From positions 3,375,661-3,439,660 of the forward strand of contig CP046865.1 of assembly GCA_039640505.1 (NCBI GenBank): a DNA stretch of 64,000 nt, in the 5' to 3' direction. Positions 21,072-31,285 of the stretch are shown here, one piece after another; the first letter of the stretch is position 1, and each line of letters starts with the position of its first letter. The translations under genes were made by a program, and so were the position numbers. This DNA is from Rhodobacteraceae bacterium Araon29. GTDB taxonomy: Bacteria > Pseudomonadota > Alphaproteobacteria > Rhodobacterales > Rhodobacteraceae. Under the pieces are notes generated by a model. That model saw only the letters and a program-made list of their open reading frames with translations. It searched no databases and had not been told where the DNA came from.

Positions 21072-22076
21072 TTAGCGAGTTTTTCGCAAATGTTCGAGAG
21101 GGCGATTTGCAAACAGAACTTTGAATAGATTATTCTGCGCCATTTGCTTTACATTTGCAAAACAGCTTTGCAGCACTGCCTCATATGGCAATTGCCGGTT
21201 GGCAACCATGAATAGACGCCCTTTCGCCGCTAAATTTCGCGCCGCTGATGCAATAAACGCTTGTCCAATTGTCGGATCAGCTGCCCGCCCGTGATGAAAT
21301 GGTGGGTTCATCACTATACCATCCAACGCTGTCTTGGCGCACCATGTGGTGGCATCACTCCAATGAAAAGCCACCCTGCGGTCTCCACAATTCTGCCGTG
21401 CGCAGTCTATGGCCGCGCTATCCGCTTCGATGGAGTCAATATGCTCAATCTCTGGATAGTCAAATAATCGGCGTGTCAAATATCCCCAACCCGCCCCAAA
21501 GTCAGCGTACCTGCCGCGCAGATCATCCGGCAGTGAAGCGGCCAAAAGCTGCGATGCCGGATCAATGCCGTCGGCCGAGAAAACACCCGTTTTTGTTACA
21601 AAGCCATCTTCGATCAGATTGAAATTATCGGCTTGCCAATCATCAAAGACCCCGGTGGTGCGATACCACGCAAGCTTGCCATGCGCTTTTGAAACAACGC
21701 CCGTTAAGTCAACGCGGGTTTTTAAGTCTTTTATCAGGCTGTCGATACCCTGTGACTTGCTGCCATCGACGATTATGATTCCATCACGGCCTGTCGCGCG
21801 CGTTGCTGTGTAAATCAGATGCCGGGCCAAACGTTTGACCCGTGGTAAATGCACAAGGGCAACATCTAGATCAGCAGGTTCAGATGGCAGGGGATCAAAC
21901 CCTTGGTCTTGGAAAAGATCAACGAGGGGCTTAAACCTATGCATGATTTTGGGCTTAAGATGCGCTAGCGGCGTGACATCCTCTAAGCGCTCTGGAAAAA
22001 AGACCGCAGAGTTGCCACTCTGGGGAAGCGCCAGTTTGCCCTGCCTTAAGCTAAATTCAAATCGCGCATCAAACAC
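21072..22076 (-). CDS. class I SAM-dependent methyltransferase, RsmC/RlmG-like (rRNA guanine-N2 methyltransferase family)
   Basis: C-terminal MTS-type domain with NPPFHHG motif and …LFMVANRQLPYE… tail, characteristic of RsmC-type enzymes. Confidence 0.6.
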   Translation of the reverse strand: MFDARFEFSLRQGKLALPQSGNSAVFFPERLEDVTPLAHLKPKIMHRFKPLVDLFQDQGFDPLPSEPADLDVALVHLPRVKRLARHLIYTATRATGRDGIIIVDGSKSQGIDSLIKDLKTRVDLTGVVSKAHGKLAWYRTTGVFDDWQADNFNLIEDGFVTKTGVFSADGIDPASQLLAASLPDDLRGRYADFGAGWGYLTRRLFDYPEIEHIDSIEADSAAIDCARQNCGDRRVAFHWSDATTWCAKTALDGIVMNPPFHHGRAADPTIGQAFIASAARNLAAKGRLFMVANRQLPYEAVLQSCFANVKQMAQNNLFKVLFANRPLEHLRKTR

Positions 22077-22107
22077 TTAAGTACCATTGTCCGCCTAATA
22101 AGATGCT

Positions 22108-22425
22108 TTACTCTTTTTCCATCGTACATTGCAACGGATGCTGGTGCTGACGGGCGAAATCCATAACTTGCGCCACTTTGGTTTCGGCCACTTCATGGCT
22201 AAACACACCGACCACGGCCAAGCCTTTTTTATGCACAGTTAGCATGATTTCAAACGCCTGCGTCTGGTTCATTCCAAAAAAGCGCTCAAGCACGATAACG
22301 ACAAATTCCATAGGGGTGTAATCATCATTTAAAAGCATGACTTTATAAAGCCGGGGGCGCTCGGTTTTGGCGCGCGTATCAATCAGAACATCCTGATCGT
22401 TATCGCCTTCAGGCTTATTGGTCAT
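22108..22425 (-). CDS. clpS: ATP-dependent Clp protease adaptor ClpS
   Basis: …[25 protein letters not shown]…[13 protein letters not shown]… ClpS core. Start taken at the internal ATG (MTNKPEG), giving 106 aa. Confidence 0.85.
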   Translation of the reverse strand: MTNKPEGDNDQDVLIDTRAKTERPRLYKVMLLNDDYTPMEFVVIVLERFFGMNQTQAFEIMLTVHKKGLAVVGVFSHEVAETKVAQVMDFARQHQHPLQCTMEKE

Positions 22426-22866
22426 TTTAAATACAAGACCCGTCATCCAGACCCCAAATTGGTATTTCTGCTGAATCACTATATAAACTGTCCGACGCCA
22501 GAGAAAAGCCCCGCATAGCAACAATTCAATTCAGAACTAAAAAATGTTTAGACGGCGCATAATTAAGGGCTTTAGGATTTGCGATCAAAGCCTAGGCGAA
22601 AGGCGTGCCTAATGCCTATTTTGGTTGTGATGAACTACAAACTTGTCACTCACCAAACATCATGAAGCTAGGTGAAAGAACATCAGCAAAACCCTTTAGT
22701 TGTGGTTTACAAGCCAAGAACCCCTAAATGTGCTATTAAATACATCCGAAATTCCCACAAATCCATTGAAATTGAAGGCTTTATTCGTGAATCGCGTTGT
22801 GTTATCTTTGAAAAAAATAAAAAGCCAGCCACAAATGGCGGCATGAGGCAGACAAGGACAGTTACC

Positions 22867-24264
22867 ATGAAAAGACGGCATAGCAAGCCGGCTCGGTTTT
22901 GGTTATTTGCAGCAACCGCAATTTGGATGCTGGTTATTTTGCCGTTTAGCGCAATGGCCGCACCCTATGCCGCTATGGTGATCGACGCCAGAACGGGAAA
23001 AACCCTGCATTCCGAAAACGCAGATACCCGTCTTCACCCAGCATCCCTGACGAAAATGATGACGCTTTATGTGGTGTTCGAAGCCGTTGAAAACGGCGAA
23101 ATCTCACTCGATACCATGGTGCGCGTATCGCGCAAAGCAGCCTCTGAGCCCCCTTCCAAGCTTGGGTTGAGACAAGGCCAACGTATCAAGCTTCGCTATT
23201 TAATCCGCGCGGCAGCGATAAAATCAGCCAATGATGCCGCCACTGCCCTTGGCGAAGCAATAGAGGGCTCTGAGGCCGCCTTTGCGCGGCGGATGAACCG
23301 GACAGCAAAAGCGATGGGAATGTCCCGCACCACGTTCAAGAATGCCCATGGTCTAACAGAGTCAGGTCACTTGTCGACCGCCCGCGATATGACAACCTTA
23401 GGACGGCATTTGTTCTATGATTTTCCAGACTATTATCATTTATTTTCGCGCCGCGAGCATAATGCGAAAATAAGAACAGTCAGAAATACAAATCGGCGTT
23501 TTTTAAACGACTATAAGGGTGCTGATGGGATCAAGACTGGGTATACGCGCGCTGCGGGCTTTAACCTAGTGGCTTCCGCCGAAAGAGGGCGCGAGCGCAT
23601 TATAACCACTGTTTTTGGTGGGCGCTCAACCACCACCCGCAATGCCCAAGTGGCCAAACTTATGAATCTCGGATTTAAAAAAGCACCCACAGCTGTTGCC
23701 GAGGTGAAACCCTCAAAACCAGATTATTCACGGCTTGCCCAGAACGGCACTTTTGGCAAACGCACAACCTTTAAAACTGCTGTCAACAAAAGCCTGCGGC
23801 CAAAGGCAAGACCAACCAATACAAGCATGCCGCTTAAGGTTGCGACACTTAATTTAAAAGACGAAATAGCCGCCGCTTTGATTGTGGCGAATACGCCTAA
23901 GATATCGACCTCTAATGGATCAAGTCTTGTCCCCAAAGCCCGGCCAGCAAAACTTTCCAACCAGACAATAGCACCAATTGCCACACCGTCCGAACCAGAA
24001 ATTGTGGCCCGCCTATCCACCTCTGGTGGTCAAAACTGGGCAATTAATGTTGGCCGTTTTTCGACCCAGTTTTCGGCGGAAAAAATGCTGCTTAAAACTG
24101 CCCTTGCAGAAATGAGCACTTTGAACGGGTCATTGCGCAAAGTTCAAAAAGGGAAGCTTGGTTTTGAAGCAACTTTTGTTGGGCTTAGTCAGGATACGGC
24201 GGATCGCGCGTGCGAAAGATTAGCAGCCCGTAATGTCACCTGTACAGTTGTAGGTCCAAGCTGA
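22867..24264 (+). CDS. D-alanyl-D-alanine carboxypeptidase (PBP5/6-like, S11) with C-terminal SPOR domain
   Basis: Signal peptide, SxxK motif (ASLTKMMT), SGN-like and KTG (KTGYT) motifs. C-terminal region (…QNWAINVGRFSTQFSAEKMLLK…ATFVGLSQDTADRACERL) resembles a SPOR domain. Start chosen at MKRRHSK. Confidence 0.75.
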   Translation: MKRRHSKPARFWLFAATAIWMLVILPFSAMAAPYAAMVIDARTGKTLHSENADTRLHPASLTKMMTLYVVFEAVENGEISLDTMVRVSRKAASEPPSKLGLRQGQRIKLRYLIRAAAIKSANDAATALGEAIEGSEAAFARRMNRTAKAMGMSRTTFKNAHGLTESGHLSTARDMTTLGRHLFYDFPDYYHLFSRREHNAKIRTVRNTNRRFLNDYKGADGIKTGYTRAAGFNLVASAERGRERIITTVFGGRSTTTRNAQVAKLMNLGFKKAPTAVAEVKPSKPDYSRLAQNGTFGKRTTFKTAVNKSLRPKARPTNTSMPLKVATLNLKDEIAAALIVANTPKISTSNGSSLVPKARPAKLSNQTIAPIATPSEPEIVARLSTSGGQNWAINVGRFSTQFSAEKMLLKTALAEMSTLNGSLRKVQKGKLGFEATFVGLSQDTADRACERLAARNVTCTVVGPS

Positions 24265-24308
24265 AATTAAGAATACTATTGTTTGAGGTTGGTCATTGCC
24301 TTTAGGGT

Positions 24309-25955
24309 TTATCCAGCAGTGCGCGGAGAGATCGCGCTTGGGTCTGTATGAAGTTCGATAATCGCGGATGTACTGGCAGCGCGCGCGCGCTCGAGAGCGG
24401 CGGGAAACTCTTCTGTTTTATAAACATGCTCACCGTAGCCGCCATAACATTGGGCCAAGCCAGCAAAATCTGGATTGTGCAATGTGGTGCCCGAGGGCCG
24501 CTCTGGATAGCTGCTTTGCTGATGCATCCGGATTGTTCCATAAACCCCATTGTTCACCACGATCACAATGACTTTAGCGCCATATTGCGCCGCAGTGCCA
24601 AATTCCTGCATGGTCATTTGAAAACATCCATCGCCTGCGAAGCAGATCACTTCTTTTGAAGGATACGCCAGTTTGGCCGCAACCGCTGCCGGCAACCCAT
24701 ACCCCATTGAGCCACTGGTTGGGGCAAGCTGTGTGCGATAGGATTTATAACAGTAATAGCGGTGCAGCCAGCCAGCATAGTTTCCCGCGCCATTTGTTAT
24801 AATGGCATCATGCGGCAAAACTTCCGATGCGTGGGTGATCACTTGTTCCATCTTGACTGCGCCGGGGGTTTGAAACGGCTGTTGCCAGCGTTCATACGCA
24901 GCACGGGGCGCGGATCTCCTATCGGCGCTTTGCTCTGAAATTAGGTCCATTGCAGTGCTCAGAAATTCACCAGATTGGCAGGCCAGACCAATTTCAGGTC
25001 GGTAAACGCGGCCTATTTCATTCGGGTCGGCATGGATATGAATGATTTTTTGGCGAGGAGTGGGTATATCAAACAGCTCATATCCGCCTGAGGTCATTTC
25101 CCCAAGCCGGGCGCCAAGCACTAAAATGCAATCAGAGTCTGCCACCAAAGCGCCCAGTTCGGGATTGGGCGCGATACCAACGTCCCCAACATAATTGGGG
25201 TGCCGGTTATCAATGTAATCTTGGCACCTAAACGAGGTACCAACAGGCAAGCCTTGGGCAGACGCAAAGCGTCCCAAGTCCTTTGCAGCCTGCGCACTCC
25301 ATCCCCCGCCGCCCACAATAACCATTGGATTGCGCGCTTCTTTTAGCCAGTCCATCACCTCAGTAACCGCGTTTTGTGATACTGTCTGGCGCGCTGGATT
25401 TGCCGGAGCGCCATCTGCAACATCTGCCATTGCGGACAGAATATCTTCCGGTAGCGCCAAAACCACCGGACCGGGCCGACCTGACATCGCAACGTGAAAT
25501 GCATGGCTGATATATTCGGGAATACGGTCCGTGCGATCAATTTCGGTCACCCATTTGGCCAAGGGTAAAAACATCTGGCGATAATCGACTTCCTGAAAGG
25601 CTTCCCTGTCCCGCTGATCCGTTGCCACCTGCCCGATAAACAACACCATCGGGGTGCTATCCTGCAACGCAATATGCACCCCAGCAGAGGCGTTGGTGGC
25701 GCCAGGGCCTCGGGTGACAAATGCAACACCCGGGCGGCCCGTAAGCTTTCCATGTGCTTCCGCCATCATCGCAACGCCGCCTTCTTGGCGGCCTATTATG
25801 GTTTCTATATTGCTATCAAAAAGCCCATCTAGCGCTGCCAGATAACTTTCACCGGGAACACAGAATACCCGATCGACCCCCTGAATTTCGAGTTGATCGA
25901 CAAGAATTTGACCGCCATGACGCATTGGTTTTCCAACTTGACTAATCTTCGCCAA
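24309..25955 (-). CDS. thiamine pyrophosphate-dependent enzyme (acetolactate synthase large-subunit-like)
   Basis: 548 aa. N-terminal TPP_enzyme_N (…VFCVPGESYLAALDGL…) and C-terminal TPP-binding GDGCF motif. Confidence 0.8.
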   Translation of the reverse strand: MAKISQVGKPMRHGGQILVDQLEIQGVDRVFCVPGESYLAALDGLFDSNIETIIGRQEGGVAMMAEAHGKLTGRPGVAFVTRGPGATNASAGVHIALQDSTPMVLFIGQVATDQRDREAFQEVDYRQMFLPLAKWVTEIDRTDRIPEYISHAFHVAMSGRPGPVVLALPEDILSAMADVADGAPANPARQTVSQNAVTEVMDWLKEARNPMVIVGGGGWSAQAAKDLGRFASAQGLPVGTSFRCQDYIDNRHPNYVGDVGIAPNPELGALVADSDCILVLGARLGEMTSGGYELFDIPTPRQKIIHIHADPNEIGRVYRPEIGLACQSGEFLSTAMDLISEQSADRRSAPRAAYERWQQPFQTPGAVKMEQVITHASEVLPHDAIITNGAGNYAGWLHRYYCYKSYRTQLAPTSGSMGYGLPAAVAAKLAYPSKEVICFAGDGCFQMTMQEFGTAAQYGAKVIVIVVNNGVYGTIRMHQQSSYPERPSGTTLHNPDFAGLAQCYGGYGEHVYKTEEFPAALERARAASTSAIIELHTDPSAISPRTAG

Positions 25956-26004
25956 AAAACCCTAATACCTAGCTGGCCAAGAGGGAACAGGTGAATTTAA
26001 AATT

Positions 26005-26430
26005 ATGCCGCCCACAAAGCTAGCATGGTGCGCGCCTGTTGCCATTTGGCCAACGGCTGGCGGTATTGATCGCACAATTCCACTGCGTGCTTTACCAACG
26101 CAGCATTGACGGAGCCAAAGTGTGCTTATCCAGCCGTACAGTATCTTCTCGGCCCGTCATGATATGTCGACCCGCGTCTATACACCATTCGATTAACTTA
26201 ATCTGCTGGGCACCAATGCCTACACCGCGCCAGTCATGATCGAAAAACAGTCGCTTACAGTTTTATCGCAATAATTGAACACATCCTTACCCGCAGGCAT
26301 CACGTTTTTGAAGCAGCTGTTAAAGAGGCCATATCCGCGCGCCAGGGTAACATAGAGCCACGTTTGGCCTCAGTGCCAGAGCCGCCGCCAATGGGCAGTT
26401 GGATAATCATGCTCAGGCAATTGCTGTTTA
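26005..26430 (-). pseudogene. decayed gene remnant, several frameshifts and stops, possibly an anhydro-N-acetylmuramic acid kinase (anmK-like) fragment
   Basis: No ORF longer than 66 aa across about 640 bp. Minus-strand frame-hopping gives protein-like segments (…LPIGGGSGTE…, …GLFNSCFKNVMPAGKDVFNYCDKT…, …IMTGREDTVRLDKHTL…). These occur in the same order as the AnmK NIGGI / GPGNM…YDKD / STGRE regions. Confidence 0.3.
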
Positions 26431-26594
26431 ATCCCTTCCATTAAGCGCGTAAACAGCTAAGCGTCAGATGTTGGAGATTGGTCAGGACTGCGCAAACGCT
26501 AAAGCGCGGTCCAAGCCACACTTCAAAAGATGCATGGATGCACAAAACACACCTCTGTCGTCTTTGCACATAACTGCAGTCAATTGACTGCCTT

Positions 26595-26906
26595 TTAATG
26601 GGTCCAAACTGTGCGGCGATCAGTGGCAAAATTTTCGCCATATCCGCGCTGACGGATATTCACTTTACGCTTCTTTGGTTCAATAACATCTGCATTGATA
26701 TTATGGTCATTGGCATATTCCAAAGCGGCGTCCTTGCTTTCAAATTGCAAGGTCACCTGAGACTGCATATCGTTGCTTGATGTCCAACCCATAAGAGGGT
26801 CCACTTCGCGGGCAGAGTCTGGTGCATATTCCAACACCCAAAAGCGGGTGTTTGCGGTCCCAGATGACATCGCCGTTTTGGCAGGTTGGTAGATACGTGC
26901 ACGCAT
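26595..26906 (-). CDS. ETC complex I subunit conserved-region protein (NDUFS4-like)
   Basis: Start taken at [16 protein letters not shown]…WVLEY…PLMGWTSS…, which resembles alphaproteobacterial NDUFS4 homologues. RBS AAGAGGA upstream. Confidence 0.65.
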   Translation of the reverse strand: MRARIYQPAKTAMSSGTANTRFWVLEYAPDSAREVDPLMGWTSSNDMQSQVTLQFESKDAALEYANDHNINADVIEPKKRKVNIRQRGYGENFATDRRTVWTH

Positions 26907-27096
26907 TGCCTTTGTCCTCTTATTACACTGGTATATGCTAGATTTATTCCCCATAAACAAGAGCAAGTTGACATGAACACTGAATCATTCGCTAGGTAAA
27001 TTCGAAAAATATTTCTTTTTCAAAACCAATATTGTGATGGCTTTTGACACTGCAAAAATAATTTCTAAGTCTACAGCATAGATAGGAAAGCAAATT

Positions 27097-29274
27097 ATGA
27101 CAGAAAACAGTCTTGGGCATGTAACGGGCGATGTTCGATCTCGGCCGAAACTTGAGGGCGGAAAAGCCTTTAAGATGCAGACCGAGTTTTCGCCAGCCGG
27201 TGATCAACCCACCGCTATCGCCGAATTGAAAGCCGGAATTATAGAAGGTGAACAAGATCAGGTGCTTTTGGGTGCGACCGGTACGGGCAAAACCTTCACT
27301 ATGGCAAAAGTGATCGAGGAAACCCAAAAGCCGGCCATTATTATGGCCCCAAATAAAACCTTGGCGGCGCAGCTATACGGCGAGTTCAAAGGGTTTTTTC
27401 CCGACAATGCTGTGGAATATTTCGTCAGCTACTATGACTATTACCAACCCGAGGCCTATGTGCCGCGCTCAGACACCTATATCGAAAAAGAAAGCCAGAT
27501 TAACGAACAGATCGACCGGATGCGCCATTCAGCAACGCGGGCTTTGCTTGAACGTGACGACGTGATTATCATTGCCTCTGTCTCTTGCATCTATGGCATT
27601 GGTTCGGTGGAAACCTACGGCGCCATGACCCAAGACCTAAAGGCCGGCGAAAACTATAATCAACGACAGGTCATGGCAGATTTGGTCGCCCAGCAATACC
27701 GCCGCAATGATCAGGCTTTTCAACGCGGCTCGTTTCGTGTGCGCGGCGATAGTTTAGAGATTTTTCCAGCGCACCTAGAGGATCGGGCTTGGCGGCTGTC
27801 ATTCTTTGGCGATGAACTGGAATCAATTGTAGAGTTTGACCCACTGACAGGCGAAAAAACCGATAACTTTGAGCAGATTAGAATCTACGCCAATTCGCAT
27901 TATGTCACCCCAAAGCCTACAATTCAGCAGGCCATCATCAATATCAAGGACGAGTTGCGCAAACGATTGGATCAATTGGTTGGCGAAGGTAAACTGCTAG
28001 AAGCCCAACGTTTGGAACAACGCACCAATTTCGACCTTGAAATGCTTGAAGCCACCGGCGTTTGTAGCGGGATTGAAAATTATTCGCGGTATCTAACGGG
28101 CCGTGCACCGGGCGAACCGCCACCCACCCTGTTTGAATTTATCCCCGATAATGCAATTGTGTTTGCGGATGAAAGTCATGTCAGCGTGCCGCAGATTGGC
28201 GCGATGTACAAAGGCGATTATCGGCGTAAGTTTACACTTGCCGAGCATGGGTTTCGCCTGCCGTCCTGTATGGACAACAGGCCGCTGAAGTTCGAGGAAT
28301 GGAATGCCATGCGGCCACAAACGGTCTATGTGTCTGCAACCCCTTCAAACTGGGAAATCGAGCGCACAGGGGGCGTTTTTGCCGAACAGGTTATCCGGCC
28401 CACCGGTCTTTTGGATCCCGAGGTCGAGATTCGGCCAGTGGAAATGCAGGTCGATGATCTGCTAGATGAAATTCGCAAGGTTGCGGCCAGTGGATTTCGT
28501 ACTTTGGTCACCACTCTGACCAAACGCATGGCTGAGGATCTTACCGAATACCTGCACGAACAAGGTATTCGCGTGCGATATATGCACTCGGACATCGACA
28601 CCATTGAGCGGATTGAAATTTTGCGCGATCTGCGCCTTGGGGCTTTTGATGTGCTCATCGGTATCAACCTATTGCGCGAAGGCCTCGATATTCCCGAATG
28701 TGGTCTGGTTGCCATCCTAGATGCGGATAAAGAAGGCTTTCTGCGGTCCGAAACATCTTTGGTGCAAACCATTGGCCGCGCTGCAAGGAATGTAGAGGGT
28801 CGTGTCATCATGTATGCAGACCGGATCACTGGTTCGATGGAGCGCGCCCTGTCGGAAACCAATCGCCGACGCGCCAAGCAAAAGGCCTATAATTTAGAGC
28901 ATGACATCACGCCGGAAACGGTTCAAAAAAATGTAGAGGATGTCCTCGCAGGTCTTTATAAAGGCGATACCGATCAATCGCGCGTCACCGCCCAGATTGA
29001 TAAGCCCATGGCAGGGGCAAATCTTCAAGCAGTTCTTGACGGGCTGCGCAGTGACATGCGTAAGGCGGCTGAAAATCTTGAATTTGAAGAAGCCGCACGG
29101 CTGCGCGATGAAGTCAAGCGGCTTGAAGCAGTTGATCTGGCCGTCGCGGATGACCCGCTTGCGCGCCAATCCGCCATTGAAGCAGTCAGCGAAGGACCCC
29201 GCAGCAAAGGTCGCTCGACCGCAGGGCGCGGAGGTACCCGTACATATCGCGGCAAATCACAAAAGAAGTTTTAA
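27097..29274 (+). CDS. uvrB: excinuclease ABC subunit B
   Basis: 725 aa. FSPAGDQP…[10 protein letters not shown] helicase motif I, beta-hairpin region [11 protein letters not shown]-terminal UVR domain ([14 protein letters not shown]). Confidence 0.9.
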   Translation: MTENSLGHVTGDVRSRPKLEGGKAFKMQTEFSPAGDQPTAIAELKAGIIEGEQDQVLLGATGTGKTFTMAKVIEETQKPAIIMAPNKTLAAQLYGEFKGFFPDNAVEYFVSYYDYYQPEAYVPRSDTYIEKESQINEQIDRMRHSATRALLERDDVIIIASVSCIYGIGSVETYGAMTQDLKAGENYNQRQVMADLVAQQYRRNDQAFQRGSFRVRGDSLEIFPAHLEDRAWRLSFFGDELESIVEFDPLTGEKTDNFEQIRIYANSHYVTPKPTIQQAIINIKDELRKRLDQLVGEGKLLEAQRLEQRTNFDLEMLEATGVCSGIENYSRYLTGRAPGEPPPTLFEFIPDNAIVFADESHVSVPQIGAMYKGDYRRKFTLAEHGFRLPSCMDNRPLKFEEWNAMRPQTVYVSATPSNWEIERTGGVFAEQVIRPTGLLDPEVEIRPVEMQVDDLLDEIRKVAASGFRTLVTTLTKRMAEDLTEYLHEQGIRVRYMHSDIDTIERIEILRDLRLGAFDVLIGINLLREGLDIPECGLVAILDADKEGFLRSETSLVQTIGRAARNVEGRVIMYADRITGSMERALSETNRRRAKQKAYNLEHDITPETVQKNVEDVLAGLYKGDTDQSRVTAQIDKPMAGANLQAVLDGLRSDMRKAAENLEFEEAARLRDEVKRLEAVDLAVADDPLARQSAIEAVSEGPRSKGRSTAGRGGTRTYRGKSQKKF

Positions 29275-29381
29275 GTTTCCTGCTCATACGCCGATCCAGA
29301 TGATCATGTATGGGAAATTGCAATGAACCCGTTTTGGCCATTGCAGTCAGATGGCGGGCTAACCTTGCCGGATGAAGACAT

Positions 29382-30326
29382 CTAATTGCCGTCGTATCCA
29401 ACCATATGCTGTTCGCCGCGTTCCCGCGCAAGACGAATTTGCTTTTGCCGCTCGCGAAAGCGGTCTTTATCTGCTTCGCTGGTTTCATGCGCACATTGGT
29501 GGCAAGCTACGCCGTGCTCGTATTCCGGACGCTCTTTATCTGAGGGAAGAATTGGGCGGCGGCAGGCAAAGCACAGCTGATGCGGCCCTTCCTTAAGCTC
29601 ATGCCCGACTGACACCCGCGCATCAAAAACGAAACACTCGCCATCCCATTTGCTGTCCGCCTGCGGTACCTCTTCAAGGTATTTAAGGATGCCGCCTTTC
29701 AGGTGGTAAACATCTTCCACCCCTTGGCTCAGCAGATAGTTGGTCGATTTTTCGCAGCGAATGCCGCCAGTGCAAAACATCGCGATGCGTTTGTTGTGAA
29801 ACCGCTCTTTGTTGTCTTCCCACCATTTTGGAAAATCGCGAAAAGATTTTGTTTGCGGATCTATTGCGCCGTCAAAAGTGCCGATCCCGACCTCATAATC
29901 ATTACGGGTGTCGATGACAGCAACATCTGGCGCCGAAATCAGTGCGTTCCAGTCCTGCGCTTCAACATAATGACCAACACGCGCCTTTGGGTCTACATCG
30001 GGCTGCCCCATAGTCACGATTTCTTTTTTAAGCTTCACTTTCATCCGCGGAAATGGCGGCAAGCTCGCAGTGCTTGCTTTATGTTCAAGGTCGCTGCACC
30101 CGGGCAGGCCGCGCAAATGGATAAGAATGGCGTCAATCCCGTCCCGCGAACCAGAAATCGTGCCATTAATGCCCTCTTTCGCAATTAAAAGAGAGCCGTA
30201 AATGCCAAGCGCTTCGCATTTCTCCTGCAATGGTCCCTGTATGGCGGCAGGGTCCTCAAATCGTGTAAAATGATAAAGCGCGGCAACGGTAAACATGGGC
30301 GCTGCATTACATTGAAAGCGCGCCAA
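29382..30326 (-). CDS. trhO: rhodanese-domain protein, UPF0176/YceA family (tRNA uridine(34) hydroxylase TrhO-like)
   Basis: 314 aa. N-terminal …VAALYHFTRFED…AKEGINGT…, then a rhodanese domain with active-site Cys context (FCTGGIRCEK), then a Cys-rich tail. Confidence 0.7.
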   Translation of the reverse strand: MARFQCNAAPMFTVAALYHFTRFEDPAAIQGPLQEKCEALGIYGSLLIAKEGINGTISGSRDGIDAILIHLRGLPGCSDLEHKASTASLPPFPRMKVKLKKEIVTMGQPDVDPKARVGHYVEAQDWNALISAPDVAVIDTRNDYEVGIGTFDGAIDPQTKSFRDFPKWWEDNKERFHNKRIAMFCTGGIRCEKSTNYLLSQGVEDVYHLKGGILKYLEEVPQADSKWDGECFVFDARVSVGHELKEGPHQLCFACRRPILPSDKERPEYEHGVACHQCAHETSEADKDRFRERQKQIRLARERGEQHMVGYDGN

Positions 30327-30349
30327 AAAGCAAGGGCGCAGGATGCTTG

Positions 30350-31060
30350 TTACAATACCGAACGCATTTGCCGTCCTTCAATAACAACCGGCACCAAAGG
30401 CCGGCCAAGCCCAGCGCCACCATCAAGATTAATCCGGTTGCCATAATGGGTCGGGGTATCAATCGGGGTATGCCCATGGATGATCAGATGGGCATGGGGG
30501 CCCTGATGCGCGTGAAACTCTTGCCGGATCCAAAGCATATCATCTTCGGTTTGCTGATCTAATGCCACACCGGGGCGAATGCCTGCATGGACAAAAAGCT
30601 TATCATCGACCACATGTTTTATGTTCAGTGACTTTAGAAAATCAACATGGGCCTGAGGCACCTTTTCCAGTGCGTCTTTATGCACGTCAATCAGGTTGCG
30701 CCTGTCATGCACGTCCACCCCGTATGACGCCATTGTTGCACGCCCCCCAAGGCGCTCATGAAACCAGTGTAGCCCAACCAAAAGACGCGGGTCATGACGC
30801 GGTGGGCTTTGCATGAACCATTCAAGCATCCGGTCATGATTGCCCTTTAGGATGGTGAAATTGCGCCCTTCGGCGCAAAGCGAGATAAGCAATTCAATCA
30901 CCTGCCGGCTGTCTGGCCCACGATCTACAAGATCACCAATAAACACAACAGCTGCATCCTTGCCGCCGTCTTTTTCAATCGCGATAAGCGCGGCCTCAAG
31001 CTGGGCCAACTGGCCATGGATATCACCCACGGCATAAATAGGATAAGAGGGTTCAGACAT
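30350..31060 (-). CDS. metallophosphoesterase (PPP-family Ser/Thr phosphatase / ApaH-like)
   Basis: GDIHG, GDLVDRG and GNHD motifs. Start at the internal ATG (MSEPSYPIYAVGDIHG). Confidence 0.75.
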   Translation of the reverse strand: MSEPSYPIYAVGDIHGQLAQLEAALIAIEKDGGKDAAVVFIGDLVDRGPDSRQVIELLISLCAEGRNFTILKGNHDRMLEWFMQSPPRHDPRLLVGLHWFHERLGGRATMASYGVDVHDRRNLIDVHKDALEKVPQAHVDFLKSLNIKHVVDDKLFVHAGIRPGVALDQQTEDDMLWIRQEFHAHQGPHAHLIIHGHTPIDTPTHYGNRINLDGGAGLGRPLVPVVIEGRQMRSVL

Positions 31061-31285
31061 TAAAAAAAAACTTTCTTCAAAATTGGTCTTTCGATAAAGC
31101 AGCAGCAAGGCGTGACGACCTTGCTTTGAATGCGAAATCTATTGAGCCTATGGAAAAGCAAAAAATTTTCACCATTAAACCCTACAGTGTGTTTACTTAT
31201 ATCTTTTCTCTTATTACGTTCAACATATTAAAGCCGCATCGTGCTTTCGGTGTAATTTAGTTTTTGCTTTTTAAGGGTATAAAAA

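Noticed and set aside
26967-27096. Possible SOS (LexA) box upstream of uvrB (GAACACTGAATCATTC), and TTGACA at 26968-26973 as a -35 element
   Set aside because: The second half-site is CATTC, not GAAC. It does not fit the alphaproteobacterial GTTC-N7-GTTC consensus. No acceptable -10 hexamer lies at 16-19 bp spacing. Left unannotated.
28326-28877. 183-aa Arg/Ser-rich antisense ORF inside uvrB, and similar antisense ORFs inside serA (33979-34836), the serC region (35787-36446), potA-like (44576-45001) and dxs (52345-52854)
   Set aside because: Low-complexity composition, fully embedded in conserved genes, no independent evidence of coding.
29275-29381. Inverted repeat GCAATG…CATTGC (13-nt loop) after uvrB as a possible terminator
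   Set aside because: The stem is short and GC-poor, the loop is long, and there is no following T-tract. Not convincing as an intrinsic terminator.
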